This document shows, piece by piece, positions 28,857-37,815 of a DNA stretch of 64,000 nt; positions within the stretch are counted from its first letter, which is position 1, and each line of letters starts with the position of its first letter. Under the pieces are notes generated by a model, which did not search any database, had not been told where the DNA came from, and saw nothing but the letters and a program-made list of their open reading frames with translations. The stretch comes from an uncultured Bdellovibrionales bacterium. GTDB taxonomy: Bacteria; Patescibacteriota; Minisyncoccia; Moranbacterales; UBA1568. The translations under genes were made by a program, and so were the position numbers. The stretch is taken from NCBI GenBank assembly GCA_964612055.1, contig CAZTBI010000001.1, forward strand, positions 71,957-135,956, read 5' to 3'.

Positions 28857-30440
28857 ATGTCTGAACCAACACTTCTCGCCCGCTACGGACTTGCGACCTA
28901 CGTTCCAGAACAGGAAGGAAATCTTTTCTTGTTTCATGTCACCGAAAAAGATCTGGAGCTTGTCATAAAGACACTTAAGCATGATCATGCGCTCCCGTTA
29001 AAAACGGTCGCTGCTACTGATGAACGGAAAGAACGAGGGACATTTCGTATCCACTATATTTTCGGTGTACCAAAGGAAAACATTTTTATTGTTCCGTACA
29101 TTTCAGTCGATAAAAATGCCGAGACATTTCCGTCTTTGACTCCGATAGACCAAGAGTTTTCTCTGTACGAACAAGAAATCAAGACATTCTTTGGTCTTTC
29201 TCCAGAGGGTCACCCTCGTGCAACGCGCATCATTCTTCATGAGGAGAACTTTCCGAAGGATGTCTACCCATTGCGTAAGGACTTTGCCTGGGATACCAAG
29301 GTGACGCCACCAACGGAGAAGTTTGTTCCGACATTTCAAAAATACGAAGGTGAGGGAGTGTATGAGATTCCGGTCGGACCAGTGCATGCTGGCATTATTG
29401 AGCCGGGACATTTTCGATTCAGTGTTTTGGGCGAAGAGATTCTGCGTCTGGAGGCGCGCCTCGGGTATGTGCACAAGGGAACAGAAAAGCTTTTTGAGCA
29501 ATTACCACTGGAGAAAAAATTGACCCTTTCGGAGCGTATTTCCGGGGATAGCTCCTATCATCATGCCTTGGCCTTAGCTCAGGCAGTAGAGCGTCTCGCA
29601 TCTATAGAGGTACCAGCCCGTGGTCGTTTGCTCCGCGTGGTATACGCAGAACTCGAGCGCTTGGCAAATCATTTCAATGATCTCGCTTTTATCATGCTTG
29701 ATACGGGGTTTAGTTTTGGCGGCAGTCATGGTTCGCGTCTCCGTGAGCGTGTTATGCAGTGGAATGAGCGTCTCACAGGAAGTCGCTTTCTCCGGGGGGT
29801 TGTCACTTATGGTGGTGTGACTCGCGATATAAGTGGAGAGACCTTGCAAGCGTTGCATAATGATTTGGAATTGCTCGAAAAGGATTTCATGGAGGTGATC
29901 GCCGTGACCAAGGAAAGCGATTCCGTACAGAATCGTTTGAAGGGGACAGGGCGTTTGGATGCGACCGTGGCCAGAGATCTTGGGGCAGTAGGAATTGCCG
30001 CTCGGGCTTGCGGACAAGAAATCGATGCTCGGGCTGATTATCCGTACGCCGCCTATGATGTGGTGCAGTTTGGTATCATGACGGAGAAATCCGGCGATGT
30101 CTATGCCCGCTTCCGGGTCCGGGCTCGTGAGGTGACGCAGTCTTTCCGTCTTTTGAATCAGGTGTTGGCGCTTCTCGTGCACGAGTCTGGGGCGATTGCC
30201 TCGCCAGTGCACGCTCTTCCTGCCAATCGTCATGCGGTCTCTCTCGTCGAAGGGTGGCGTGGAGATATTGTGTATTTCGTCGCTACTGACAGTGACGGCG
30301 TGATCAGTCGAGTGAAGGTACGTGACCCATCGTTTTTGAACTGGACCCTCTTTCCGTACGTCATCGGTCAGGATATGGTGCCTGACTTCCCGCTCATTAA
30401 TAAGAGCTTCAACCTTTCCTATACAGGAAACGATCTCTAG
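28857..30440 (+). CDS. fused NuoC-NuoD / HyfG(HycE)-like large subunit lacking Ni-Fe ligand cysteines
   Basis: The N-terminal roughly 150 aa is NuoC-like. The remainder is NuoD/HycE-like (YEIPVGPVHAGIIEPGHFRF, ERISGDSSYHH, ...VRDPSFLNW). Both CxxC Ni-Fe motifs (RxCGxC and DPCxxC) are replaced (SGDS, DPSFLN). Confidence 0.8.
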   Translation: MSEPTLLARYGLATYVPEQEGNLFLFHVTEKDLELVIKTLKHDHALPLKTVAATDERKERGTFRIHYIFGVPKENIFIVPYISVDKNAETFPSLTPIDQEFSLYEQEIKTFFGLSPEGHPRATRIILHEENFPKDVYPLRKDFAWDTKVTPPTEKFVPTFQKYEGEGVYEIPVGPVHAGIIEPGHFRFSVLGEEILRLEARLGYVHKGTEKLFEQLPLEKKLTLSERISGDSSYHHALALAQAVERLASIEVPARGRLLRVVYAELERLANHFNDLAFIMLDTGFSFGGSHGSRLRERVMQWNERLTGSRFLRGVVTYGGVTRDISGETLQALHNDLELLEKDFMEVIAVTKESDSVQNRLKGTGRLDATVARDLGAVGIAARACGQEIDARADYPYAAYDVVQFGIMTEKSGDVYARFRVRAREVTQSFRLLNQVLALLVHESGAIASPVHALPANRHAVSLVEGWRGDIVYFVATDSDGVISRVKVRDPSFLNWTLFPYVIGQDMVPDFPLINKSFNLSYTGNDL

Positions 30441-30447
30441 AGAATAC

Positions 30448-30484
30448 AAAAAACACCCTGAGCTTGTCGAAGGGTGTTTTTTGT
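30448..30484. terminator. bidirectional rho-independent terminator
   Basis: AAAAAACACCCT-gagcttgtcga-AGGGTGTTTTTTG between convergent genes. A-tract upstream and T-tract downstream allow function on both strands. Confidence 0.65.
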
Positions 30485-31104
30485 TATTGGGTCAGGCGAG
30501 CGAGAAGCTCTTCTCTGGTATCAACGGTTTCTGCGCCAGCTTTTTCCAAAGCTTCTTTGCTATTTAGGCCCCAGGTCACAGCGACGATCTTGAGGCCCGC
30601 TTTTTGACAGGCTTCGACATCGCGTACCTCGTCTCCTACGTAGAGCGTGTCAGAAGCATCCAGGTGTTCTTTTTTGAGTGTTTCCTGAAGTGACCGAGCC
30701 TTGTTGAAAAGTTTTCCGTGGTAAACGAAATCAACAGGAAGTGTATGACGTTTCACGAGTGCCTGGATGGTATCAAGTCTACTGGAAGAAACAACGCCAA
30801 TACGATAGCCCTGGCTATTGAGGGTATTTAAGAGTTCTTTGATACCAGAAAATAATTTTACTTCTGGAACCAGCGTATTATATTCTTCTCGTCCTCGCTT
30901 CAGCATCCAAGGAAGGAGAATGGCCCGCCATCCGAGACGCTGCCAGACGAGATTCTTCAGGTGAAATTTTTTCAGGCCAGGCATTTCTTCTTGGGAAAGT
31001 GGGGTGTAGCCAAATTCTGAGGATAATTTATTGAAGAGATGAAAAAAAAGAGGTTCGATATCAACCAGTGTGCCATCGAGATCAAAGATGATAGTTTTTT
31101 TCAT
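30484..31104 (-). CDS. HAD-superfamily hydrolase (phosphatase / beta-PGM-like)
   Basis: MKKTIIFDLDGTLVD is HAD motif I. VVSSS.. and GDEVRDVEACQKAGL are motifs II-IV. Confidence 0.8.
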   Translation of the reverse strand: MKKTIIFDLDGTLVDIEPLFFHLFNKLSSEFGYTPLSQEEMPGLKKFHLKNLVWQRLGWRAILLPWMLKRGREEYNTLVPEVKLFSGIKELLNTLNSQGYRIGVVSSSRLDTIQALVKRHTLPVDFVYHGKLFNKARSLQETLKKEHLDASDTLYVGDEVRDVEACQKAGLKIVAVTWGLNSKEALEKAGAETVDTREELLARLTQ

Positions 31105-31118
31105 GGAAGTGAGAGGGG

Positions 31119-31925
31119 TTAGAGACTGATGAACCGAGTGGCGACAATCACGTAGAGGAGAATCAGTATCCAGAAACTTGTAATAAAGAAGCGTCGGCCC
31201 CGAGTTATAAGTGAAGCATCCGGAGCAATTTCTTTCGGAGTAAGGCCAAAGTCTTTGAAGAGGAAGAATGACTCGTAGAGGCGGACAATTACGACCCAGG
31301 TCAGGAAGAGGGTCACGAGCATGCCAAGTCCCGGCATGAGAGGGTGAGCGAGTTCAGGGGTGACGCTGCCACCTTGTTTCAGCCACTTCATCCAACCATT
31401 CCACTTCATGACGTACACATGGATGAGGGTGAGGAGAATGACGAGGCGCAGCCCCCATCGCTGCAGGAACCACCAGCGGCTTCCACCGAGGAGATCGATG
31501 GCTTTCTTGAAAGAGATAATGAAGAGGAATACGAGAAGAAAGGCTCCGACCAGTCCGGCGGCGAAGGTAAGAGAGGCGAAATCGAGCTTTGATGCGGGGA
31601 ACTTGAGAGGGAGGAGGAAGTACGAGATGATGCCATGGGAGATGGCAAGAAATCCGCCTACGATCCCGATCTCCTTGCGATAACCGAGCCAGGCATCAAG
31701 GCGATCGAAGTAACGGACGATAGGGCCGATCAGAAAAGTGAGGGCTAGGAGAATGGTACCGGCTCCGACCAGTACTTTATTGAAAACATAAAGGGTATCG
31801 GCAGTCGGCGGGGCATCAAAGAGGTAGCCGCGACGTATGAAGAGGTAGAGGCTGAAGAACGCAACCAGCGCTCCGGCTATGAGGGACGCGATGACGTAGT
31901 CTCGGAAGGTGGATGGCTTGTGCAT
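31119..31925 (-). CDS. polytopic membrane protein, possibly ferric-reductase-like (bis-His) transmembrane domain
   Basis: About 6 TM helices with conserved His in TMs (AISHGIISYF, LTLIHVYVMKW) reminiscent of heme-binding FRD/MsrQ-like domains. The family call is tentative. The upstream GTG at 31979 extends the ORF. Confidence 0.45.
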   Translation of the reverse strand: MHKPSTFRDYVIASLIAGALVAFFSLYLFIRRGYLFDAPPTADTLYVFNKVLVGAGTILLALTFLIGPIVRYFDRLDAWLGYRKEIGIVGGFLAISHGIISYFLLPLKFPASKLDFASLTFAAGLVGAFLLVFLFIISFKKAIDLLGGSRWWFLQRWGLRLVILLTLIHVYVMKWNGWMKWLKQGGSVTPELAHPLMPGLGMLVTLFLTWVVIVRLYESFFLFKDFGLTPKEIAPDASLITRGRRFFITSFWILILLYVIVATRFISL

Positions 31926-31985
31926 AGCTATTTGTTTTAAAAATATTACTCTGAAAGAGTAAACGTTTATTTTCTCCAAAAGGTG

Positions 31986-32303
31986 TCACTTTAGTTCCCA
32001 GAGAACGCTTTGGAAGTTCTTGATGCGATCTTTTTCATCGAGTTCGATACCTTCTTTTTTGTAGAGCTTCAGACGTTCTTTACGATGCTTGTCATCGACC
32101 CAGATGTGACCATCAGCGTAGACGATACGGTGGAAGGGAATATTCTTTTCGCCGTTCTTCCAGGCTTTTCCAAGGATGCTAGTGATGCTTTGTGAAGCCA
32201 TGGTTCCGCCACCGGCAGCGCGAGCGATACGGCCATAGGTCGTGACCCGTCCCGTAGGAATGGAGAGAGCGATTTTTATGACACGTTCACTGAAAGTTAT
32301 CAT
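31986..32303 (-). CDS. alkyltransferase-like (ATL) protein, MGMT DNA-binding domain without active-site Cys
   Basis: Methylguanine methyltransferase C-terminal fold (TTYGRIARAAGGG...IPFHRIVYADG). PFHRIV replaces the catalytic PCHRV. Confidence 0.7.
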   Translation of the reverse strand: MITFSERVIKIALSIPTGRVTTYGRIARAAGGGTMASQSITSILGKAWKNGEKNIPFHRIVYADGHIWVDDKHRKERLKLYKKEGIELDEKDRIKNFQSVLWELK

Positions 32304-32311
32304 AACGTACT

Positions 32312-32878
32312 TTAAGCCACTTCTTTTGATTTTTGGTGGGCCAGGTAAGTGAGGGAGAGGATGGCGACGAAGACGACGAGTGCCATGAAAGGAATAGTTA
32401 TGAAGCCAAAGGTGACAATAGGGGAGTTGCTACAAGATGATTCAAGTGGGTTGGTAGAGCAAGGAAGGAGAAAGGGATTGCCGGCGACGTACTTCTGATA
32501 GTGACCATAGTAGTGATAGGCAGCGATCGGAAGTCCGATAGCGGCCATGATGCCTACGATCAGGTGATTCATCTTGGTCTTGGTCCAGAGAGTCACGGCA
32601 ATGATGATTTCAATCGGAAACATGAAAATACGCTGCCACCAGCAGAGAACACAGACAGGAGTGAGGTAGACATACTGATAGGTGAGGGCGCCGAGCGTGG
32701 CGATAGTAGCGAGGAGGGCGATAGCCTGGAGGAGGCAGGTGTAGGAAATGGCGGAGAGCTTTGTTCGTAGGGACTGGGAGTAAAAGGCGCCGAGTATCGA
32801 GAGGATGGTAGCGGCACCCAGGAGGAGAACCAAAACGGACAGAACGGTCGAATACTGCTCAAGATTCATAGCAAGCAA
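32312..32878 (-). CDS. disulfide bond formation protein DsbB-like
   Basis: Four TM helices. The first periplasmic-loop redox pair is CVLC (the same motif as E. coli DsbB). Second-loop cysteines are LLPCS...SSCS. Confidence 0.6.
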   Translation of the reverse strand: MLAMNLEQYSTVLSVLVLLLGAATILSILGAFYSQSLRTKLSAISYTCLLQAIALLATIATLGALTYQYVYLTPVCVLCWWQRIFMFPIEIIIAVTLWTKTKMNHLIVGIMAAIGLPIAAYHYYGHYQKYVAGNPFLLPCSTNPLESSCSNSPIVTFGFITIPFMALVVFVAILSLTYLAHQKSKEVA

Positions 32879-32992
32879 TCATGAATTATGCCCTTATTAT
32901 AGCGCTTTTTCTCGTGATACGAAAGTTCTCCCTCTGGTTGTTGACTTTTTGATAAAAGTGGGTGATTGTAAGCTTTCTGTTACAATAGGATT

Positions 32993-34240
32993 ATGAACTA
33001 CGATGTCATCGTTATTGGAGGAGGGCCGGCTGGCATGATGGCAGCTGGCCGAGCGGCTGAGCGCGGTGTTCGGGTCGCTTTGCTTGAGAAAAATGCCTCT
33101 TTGGGTCAAAAACTTCTCATTACTGGTGGTGGTCGTTCCAATGTGACCAACGCCGAATTTGACGAGCATATTTTTTTAGCCAAGTTCGGGACAGCTTCAA
33201 AGTTTCTCTACTCACCACTGTCTCAGTTTGGAGTACAGTCTGCCCTTGATTTCTTTCATAGTCACGGTATGCCGACCAAGGTGGAAGCTGAGAAACGCGT
33301 CTTTCCGGTGAGTGATAGCGCTCAGTCAGTGTGGGATGCATTGGTTGGGTATATGCGAGAGGGGAATGTCACGATACTGACCGGTATGGCAGTTTCTGGT
33401 TTGGAAACAGCCGCTGATGGTATCAGTTGCGTTCGTTTGAAAAATGGCACGGTCTTGCAGGCTCGTTCGTATATTCTGGCTACTGGCGGTCAATCACGTC
33501 CAGAGACGGGATCAACGGGGGACGGCTTTCATTTCCTTGAGAAGATAGGGCATACCGTAGTTGAGCCCCGACCATCCCTGGTACCACTTCGGGTACGCGA
33601 ATCATGGGTAGCTGAACTTTCAGGGGTGAGTTTTTCTGATGCCAAGCTTTCGTATTTTCAGAAAGACAGAAAGATTGAGAGTCGTAAGGGAAAGGTGTTA
33701 TTTACTCACGTGGGACTGAGTGGCCCCTTGGTTTTGAACATGAGTCGCAATATCAGCGAGTTTCTCCAGTATGGTGAAGTAAAGGTATCACTCGATCTTG
33801 TCCCAGGTAAAAACATCGGAGAGATCGATCATGATATCCAGATACTGTTTCAATCTCAGAAAAACAAGCAGGTAAAAAACAGTCTTGATGGTTTTCTTCA
33901 GCCGGCCATGATTCCGGTATTTTTAGAGCTTGCCAATATCAATCCAGAGACACCGGTGCATAGTATCTCCCGTGACGAGCGTATGACACTGGCACGCCTA
34001 GCCAAGGATCTCCGACTGACGGTAACGGGACTTCTTGGTGCTGACAAGGCTATTGTGACGAGTGGCGGAGTAACGCTCGAAGAAGTGGATTTCAAATATA
34101 TGTGCTCTCGAAAATTTTCCAATTTGTACTTAGTCGGCGATGTCTTGAATATCGATCGGCCATCAGGCGGGTATAGTCTGCAACTCTGTTGGACCACCGG
34201 GTATGTCGCTGGAACTTCAGCTGCCGAAAAAGGTATTTGA
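32993..34240 (+). CDS. HI0933/BaiN-family NAD(FAD)-utilising flavoprotein
   Basis: MNYDVIVIGGGPAGMMAAGRAAERG is a Rossmann FAD motif. Length and motif spacing are typical of the HI0933-like family. Confidence 0.8.
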   Translation: MNYDVIVIGGGPAGMMAAGRAAERGVRVALLEKNASLGQKLLITGGGRSNVTNAEFDEHIFLAKFGTASKFLYSPLSQFGVQSALDFFHSHGMPTKVEAEKRVFPVSDSAQSVWDALVGYMREGNVTILTGMAVSGLETAADGISCVRLKNGTVLQARSYILATGGQSRPETGSTGDGFHFLEKIGHTVVEPRPSLVPLRVRESWVAELSGVSFSDAKLSYFQKDRKIESRKGKVLFTHVGLSGPLVLNMSRNISEFLQYGEVKVSLDLVPGKNIGEIDHDIQILFQSQKNKQVKNSLDGFLQPAMIPVFLELANINPETPVHSISRDERMTLARLAKDLRLTVTGLLGADKAIVTSGGVTLEEVDFKYMCSRKFSNLYLVGDVLNIDRPSGGYSLQLCWTTGYVAGTSAAEKGI

Positions 34241-34312
34241 CACTCTCGCAACTGAACAGTAGGATAAGGAGTTGCCAAATGGGAGTAGTTTAAAAATAGG
34301 AAGGGGTCGGAG

Positions 34313-34825
34313 ATGGTTACCAATGCATATTTTCTCACGGATAGGCAGCGAAAGCGACTTCCACCGATGACTCTTTTAGGGGATCTCAATGGTGAAAGAC
34401 CAAAGGGGCATCCAAGACTCGAGCTCGGACCAAAAGGAAAGGTACTTCTTGCTCCGCGGCAAGTATGGGTGATGCGTCACAACCAGGAACTTTGGGTGAT
34501 CCGCGGGTGTGATGATCATCTCAATAAGGGGAGGTACGAGGTTCACCTGAGCCGCTATGGAAGCACGCACATTGAACGCAGTATTTCCGAAGCGAATCTT
34601 CGTACTAATTATTCCGTATGGGAACGTATGGTCGAAGAGCTTGGAACGATCGTGCGGAAGGTGCGCGGAATGATTGAGAGGGGAGAAGGGGAACCTTTTG
34701 GCCATATGACTGGAAATATCAGTAGGGTACTTGAGGGATTCTTCGAGGTTGATCCGGTAACTGGTGCCAAAAGGACGCAGGGTTCTCAGGAGTCTCGGTT
34801 GCGAGTAGTCAAGCAAAAGAGGTGA
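34313..34825 (+). CDS. hypothetical protein
   Basis: 170-aa ORF with charged composition. Its stop codon sits inside the stem of a strong intrinsic terminator. An overlapping antisense ORF exists (34376..34843), so strand is uncertain. Confidence 0.35.
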   Translation: MVTNAYFLTDRQRKRLPPMTLLGDLNGERPKGHPRLELGPKGKVLLAPRQVWVMRHNQELWVIRGCDDHLNKGRYEVHLSRYGSTHIERSISEANLRTNYSVWERMVEELGTIVRKVRGMIERGEGEPFGHMTGNISRVLEGFFEVDPVTGAKRTQGSQESRLRVVKQKR

Positions 34826-34856
34826 TACGGCATAGCCGATCACCCCTTTTTTATTT
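34821..34856. terminator. rho-independent terminator (ggtgat-...-atcacc + CCTTTTTTATTT), usable from both strands
   Basis: 6-bp stem with a 12-nt loop followed by a T-run. It lies between the + ORF ending 34825 and the convergent GH5 gene ending 34876. Confidence 0.55.
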
Positions 34857-34875
34857 CTGTAGAAACTTTATAACA

Positions 34876-36063
34876 CTATTGTTTCAGGAATTTTGAAATC
34901 ACGCTGAGAAGCTCGGTTTTTTCAGACCAGATACCGGAATGACTCTTCTCTTCGTAGAGAACGCCGTATCCCTTGTCATTCTGATTGTGTTGTTTATAAG
35001 TCCACCAGGTCCAGCCAACATTATTTTGATTCAAAAGAGAAAGCACGGCTGCTGCGTATACTCGATTGGGATCCTCGCCTGATTCAGATCCCGTTTGTTG
35101 GACAAATATAGGAACATTATATTTCGTTCGGAGGTCGAGGAGAGACTGAAGTCTTTCGCGGAGATTAGCAATATTTTCTTCCTGAGATTTTCCTGTGAAG
35201 ACAAAGAGGTTACCAGTGTAAATAAGTGGTACGTCTGTTTGTATATACCCTTCGGCGGAAGCTTTTTTAATAGTGTAGCTTGGACCCGCTCCCACAAGCA
35301 AAGGAGTACGAGGGTCTACTTCATGAATGGCAGTGATAAGTTCGCTATAAAATTGACGGATATCTGCATTACTGACGCCGGTTGGATTTGGTTCTGGTAG
35401 GAGTTCGTACATACCTATATAAGGAGTATCTTTGTAACGATTGGCGATAAATTTCCAGACCTCAATAAACTCCGCGCGCATAGCTGGGTCAGTCCAGAAG
35501 TTGTGACCCTTGTCTCCGTAAGAGTTATTAGGATCGCAGAATAATTTTTGATCTTCCTGGGTACCATTTTGTCCGCAATCAGAATCAATAAAAAGATCAA
35601 TCCAAAGATGCTGCGCGGAAGCCCAAGCAATGTACTGGTCGAGTTGTGCGAGATGAGCAGGATCAATGTGTCCGGGAGCGCTATCTTTGCGGCTATCAAT
35701 GGATGCTTCGGAGTATTTCCCCCACCATCGCAGAGGCATACGGATGATATTGGCGCCTTGCTTGACGTTATCGGCGGCATCTTTTTCCTCGGCGGTGCCC
35801 CATGAGCCCCAGTTCATCCCACGAAGCATGATTGGGTTTCCATTTTGATCCAAGATTTCTGAACCGCGGAGAGAGAGTTTCTCTGGAGTAGTGGATTGTG
35901 GAACGGTTGTGGGGGAAGTAGTAGTTGAAGAAGTAGGTGAGGAAGAAGATGGGTTTGTAGTGGTAGGGGCTGGTTTTTTAGAAAACTGTGTTATGCCAAA
36001 CGCCACAACTACGATAAGCGCGAGAAAGGCTACAGAGAGTACGAGGACTTTTGATGATTTCAT
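34876..36063 (-). CDS. secreted glycoside hydrolase family 5 (cellulase/mannanase-like) with Ser/Thr/Pro-rich linker
   Basis: Signal-peptide-like N-terminus, then a low-complexity TTTNPSSSSPTSSTTTSPTT linker. GH5 motifs are present (NWGSWG, IIRMPLRW, ELLPEPN around the catalytic Glu). Confidence 0.7.
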   Translation of the reverse strand: MKSSKVLVLSVAFLALIVVVAFGITQFSKKPAPTTTNPSSSSPTSSTTTSPTTVPQSTTPEKLSLRGSEILDQNGNPIMLRGMNWGSWGTAEEKDAADNVKQGANIIRMPLRWWGKYSEASIDSRKDSAPGHIDPAHLAQLDQYIAWASAQHLWIDLFIDSDCGQNGTQEDQKLFCDPNNSYGDKGHNFWTDPAMRAEFIEVWKFIANRYKDTPYIGMYELLPEPNPTGVSNADIRQFYSELITAIHEVDPRTPLLVGAGPSYTIKKASAEGYIQTDVPLIYTGNLFVFTGKSQEENIANLRERLQSLLDLRTKYNVPIFVQQTGSESGEDPNRVYAAAVLSLLNQNNVGWTWWTYKQHNQNDKGYGVLYEEKSHSGIWSEKTELLSVISKFLKQ

Positions 36064-36166
36064 ATGAAAAGATTTTTAGAGTATATCTCTAGTATACACC
36101 CTTCTTTTTCATACGATTGAGAGAGGAAATAAGACTCAATTTTTCTTAATAATGAGAGAAGAAACT

Positions 36167-36979
36167 CTATTTTTCTTGGTTTACAAGATAACGGATAGCC
36201 GGCTCTTGCATAATGGCGTGAGTGGCACCGTAGACGATGAAGAGACTTTTTCCTTCGTGCCATTTTTTCTCAATCTCTTTCAATATGTACTGATCACGGA
36301 GGATGCTCGTTGCTCGTGCTACTTGATTACTGACAGAGTAGATATTGGCTGGGTCAGAGGCTTTTTCAAAGTGCTCTAAATCATTCAGATCAAGCTCCGT
36401 CCCGAATATTTTTTTGTGCGTCTCAGAAAGGGTAATGAAAATATCCTGCGTGACCCTAAGTGCCTTGGCTTCATCAGAAACAAGTCGTTGAGCGTATTGT
36501 AAAGCATCCCCACCATTGTCTACCTTTTTCCACTGATCGACAGAGCGAGAAAAGTAGTAATAGAGTATCTTTTCTTTCGAAAATTGTTTAAGAAGTTCTG
36601 TCACTTCATAGGCAAGGGGAGGCTCAGGCGACTCTACGGTTATGCCAGTCTGTTCTGCTAGATATGTTGCCAAGCCGGCCTCGCCATCATTTCTGATGGT
36701 TTCCTCTTCATTGTCAGTGTTATCTCGCGTACCTCCCTCTACTAGGACAACGGATTGGCCCTTTTCGATTTTTGAAGCGAAACTTTTCCAGGCATCCTTT
36801 ATCTCTGCTATTTGTTCATGGTGAGGATCGTAAATGTGATCAGCTCCAAAATATGAAATGTGCCGGCCATTTTTTTCAACTTCGAAAAAGTGCGGAAAAA
36901 TCTGCTCCGCATTTTCATACTCTTCGTATGTCATCAGACGATCAATCCTAGAGTTTTTGATAGTTGGTATTTGCTCCAT
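36167..36979 (-). CDS. hypothetical protein
   Basis: Long ORF (300 aa from upstream GTG at 37069; ATG MEQIPTIKN at 36979). No recognisable family. Confidence 0.45.
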   Translation of the reverse strand: MEQIPTIKNSRIDRLMTYEEYENAEQIFPHFFEVEKNGRHISYFGADHIYDPHHEQIAEIKDAWKSFASKIEKGQSVVLVEGGTRDNTDNEEETIRNDGEAGLATYLAEQTGITVESPEPPLAYEVTELLKQFSKEKILYYYFSRSVDQWKKVDNGGDALQYAQRLVSDEAKALRVTQDIFITLSETHKKIFGTELDLNDLEHFEKASDPANIYSVSNQVARATSILRDQYILKEIEKKWHEGKSLFIVYGATHAIMQEPAIRYLVNQEK

Positions 36980-37059
36980 AAATATATTGCTGGGCTTATT
37001 GGACGTGCTCAGAACTGTCGATAGGGGAAAATAAGGGAAGATTTGAAGGTTTGGGAACT

Positions 37060-37476
37060 TTAGAGCCAATCAGGTTTTGTTTCTTGGGTAGGAATTGCCG
37101 CATCGAACTCCAGGTAATTGTTCGTCAGTTCTTCATCGGGAAGTATGTCTCTGTTCGCTACAAAGTATGGTTCGGGTGAAATCTTACTATCTGTAACCAC
37201 TGTCAAATTGTTTGAAGTCGGGTTGTGGTTTGTATAAAGTGCAGGGTCATTTTCTGGAGGAAAGATATACTTACCTGACGACGCTGAGAGGTAGGCAACT
37301 TTTTCCATATACTTTTTTTCTTCACCATCGAGCTTTTCGTAATCTTCCACCGAGATAGATTTATCGTGCTCAGCAACGTACTTCCACGCGATTTCACCCT
37401 TCTTAATTTTCTGAGAAGTAAAAACGCCTTTGCCTTCAATCTCTGATGGTTTTGTGTAAACGGGGACTAGATACAT
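37060..37476 (-). CDS. SET-domain protein (putative lysine methyltransferase)
   Basis: MYLVPVYTKPSEIEGKGVFTSQKIKKGEIAWKY...YTNHNPTSNNL (NHxCxPN-like) suggests a SET fold. The in-frame N-terminal extension of the ORF overlaps the tRNA-Gln gene, so the start is set at ATG 37476. Confidence 0.55.
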   Translation of the reverse strand: MYLVPVYTKPSEIEGKGVFTSQKIKKGEIAWKYVAEHDKSISVEDYEKLDGEEKKYMEKVAYLSASSGKYIFPPENDPALYTNHNPTSNNLTVVTDSKISPEPYFVANRDILPDEELTNNYLEFDAAIPTQETKPDWL

Positions 37477-37490
37477 AGTTTTTTTGAGTG

Positions 37491-37562
37491 CTGGGGAGGA
37501 AGGGATCGAACCTTCGCATGGAGGCTTCAAAGGCCCCTGCCTTACCGCTTGGCTACTCCCCA
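37491..37562 (-). tRNA. tRNA-Gln (anticodon UUG)
   Basis: 72-nt cloverleaf on the minus strand (TGGGGAGTAGCCAAGCGGTAAGGCAGGGGCCTTTGAAGCCTCCATGCGAAGGTTCGATCCCTTCCTCCCCAG). U1-A72 pair, anticodon loop CUUUGAA, T-loop GGTTCGATCC. CCA is not encoded. Confidence 0.9.
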
Positions 37563-37815
37563 ATATGTTTATAATTCTCGACTATCTTTTTCAATTCTCT
37601 TCTCCTACTTTTCGTCTTTAAATACTGCTCCTGTTTTCTGGCTTCAGTCAGAGTATCGTACTCTTTGTGATAGATCAAGATTAGTGGAGTGCGGTATTTT
37701 GTGGAAATGTTTTTTCCAGAATTGTGTTCTTGAATACGCTGCTCCAAGTTATCCGTTGACCCTGTATAGGTACGAGCATCTTTTTGGCTCAGGAGAACGT
37801 AGATGTAGCCTTTCA
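37553..37815 (-). CDS. small GIY-YIG nuclease-superfamily protein (~87 aa)
   Basis: MKGYIYVLLSQKDARTYTGSTDNLEQRIQEHNSG...TPLILIYHKEYDTLTEARKQEQYLK matches the GIY-YIG catalytic motifs. The last four codons (HIGE*) are encoded by the first 10 nt of the tRNA-Gln gene. Confidence 0.8.

Noticed and set aside
34376-34843. 155-aa minus-strand ORF overlapping the 34313..34825 plus ORF
   Set aside because: A single choice between the two is not fully certain. The plus ORF was preferred because a strong intrinsic terminator begins at its stop codon and its composition is more protein-like. The minus ORF is kept only as an alternative.
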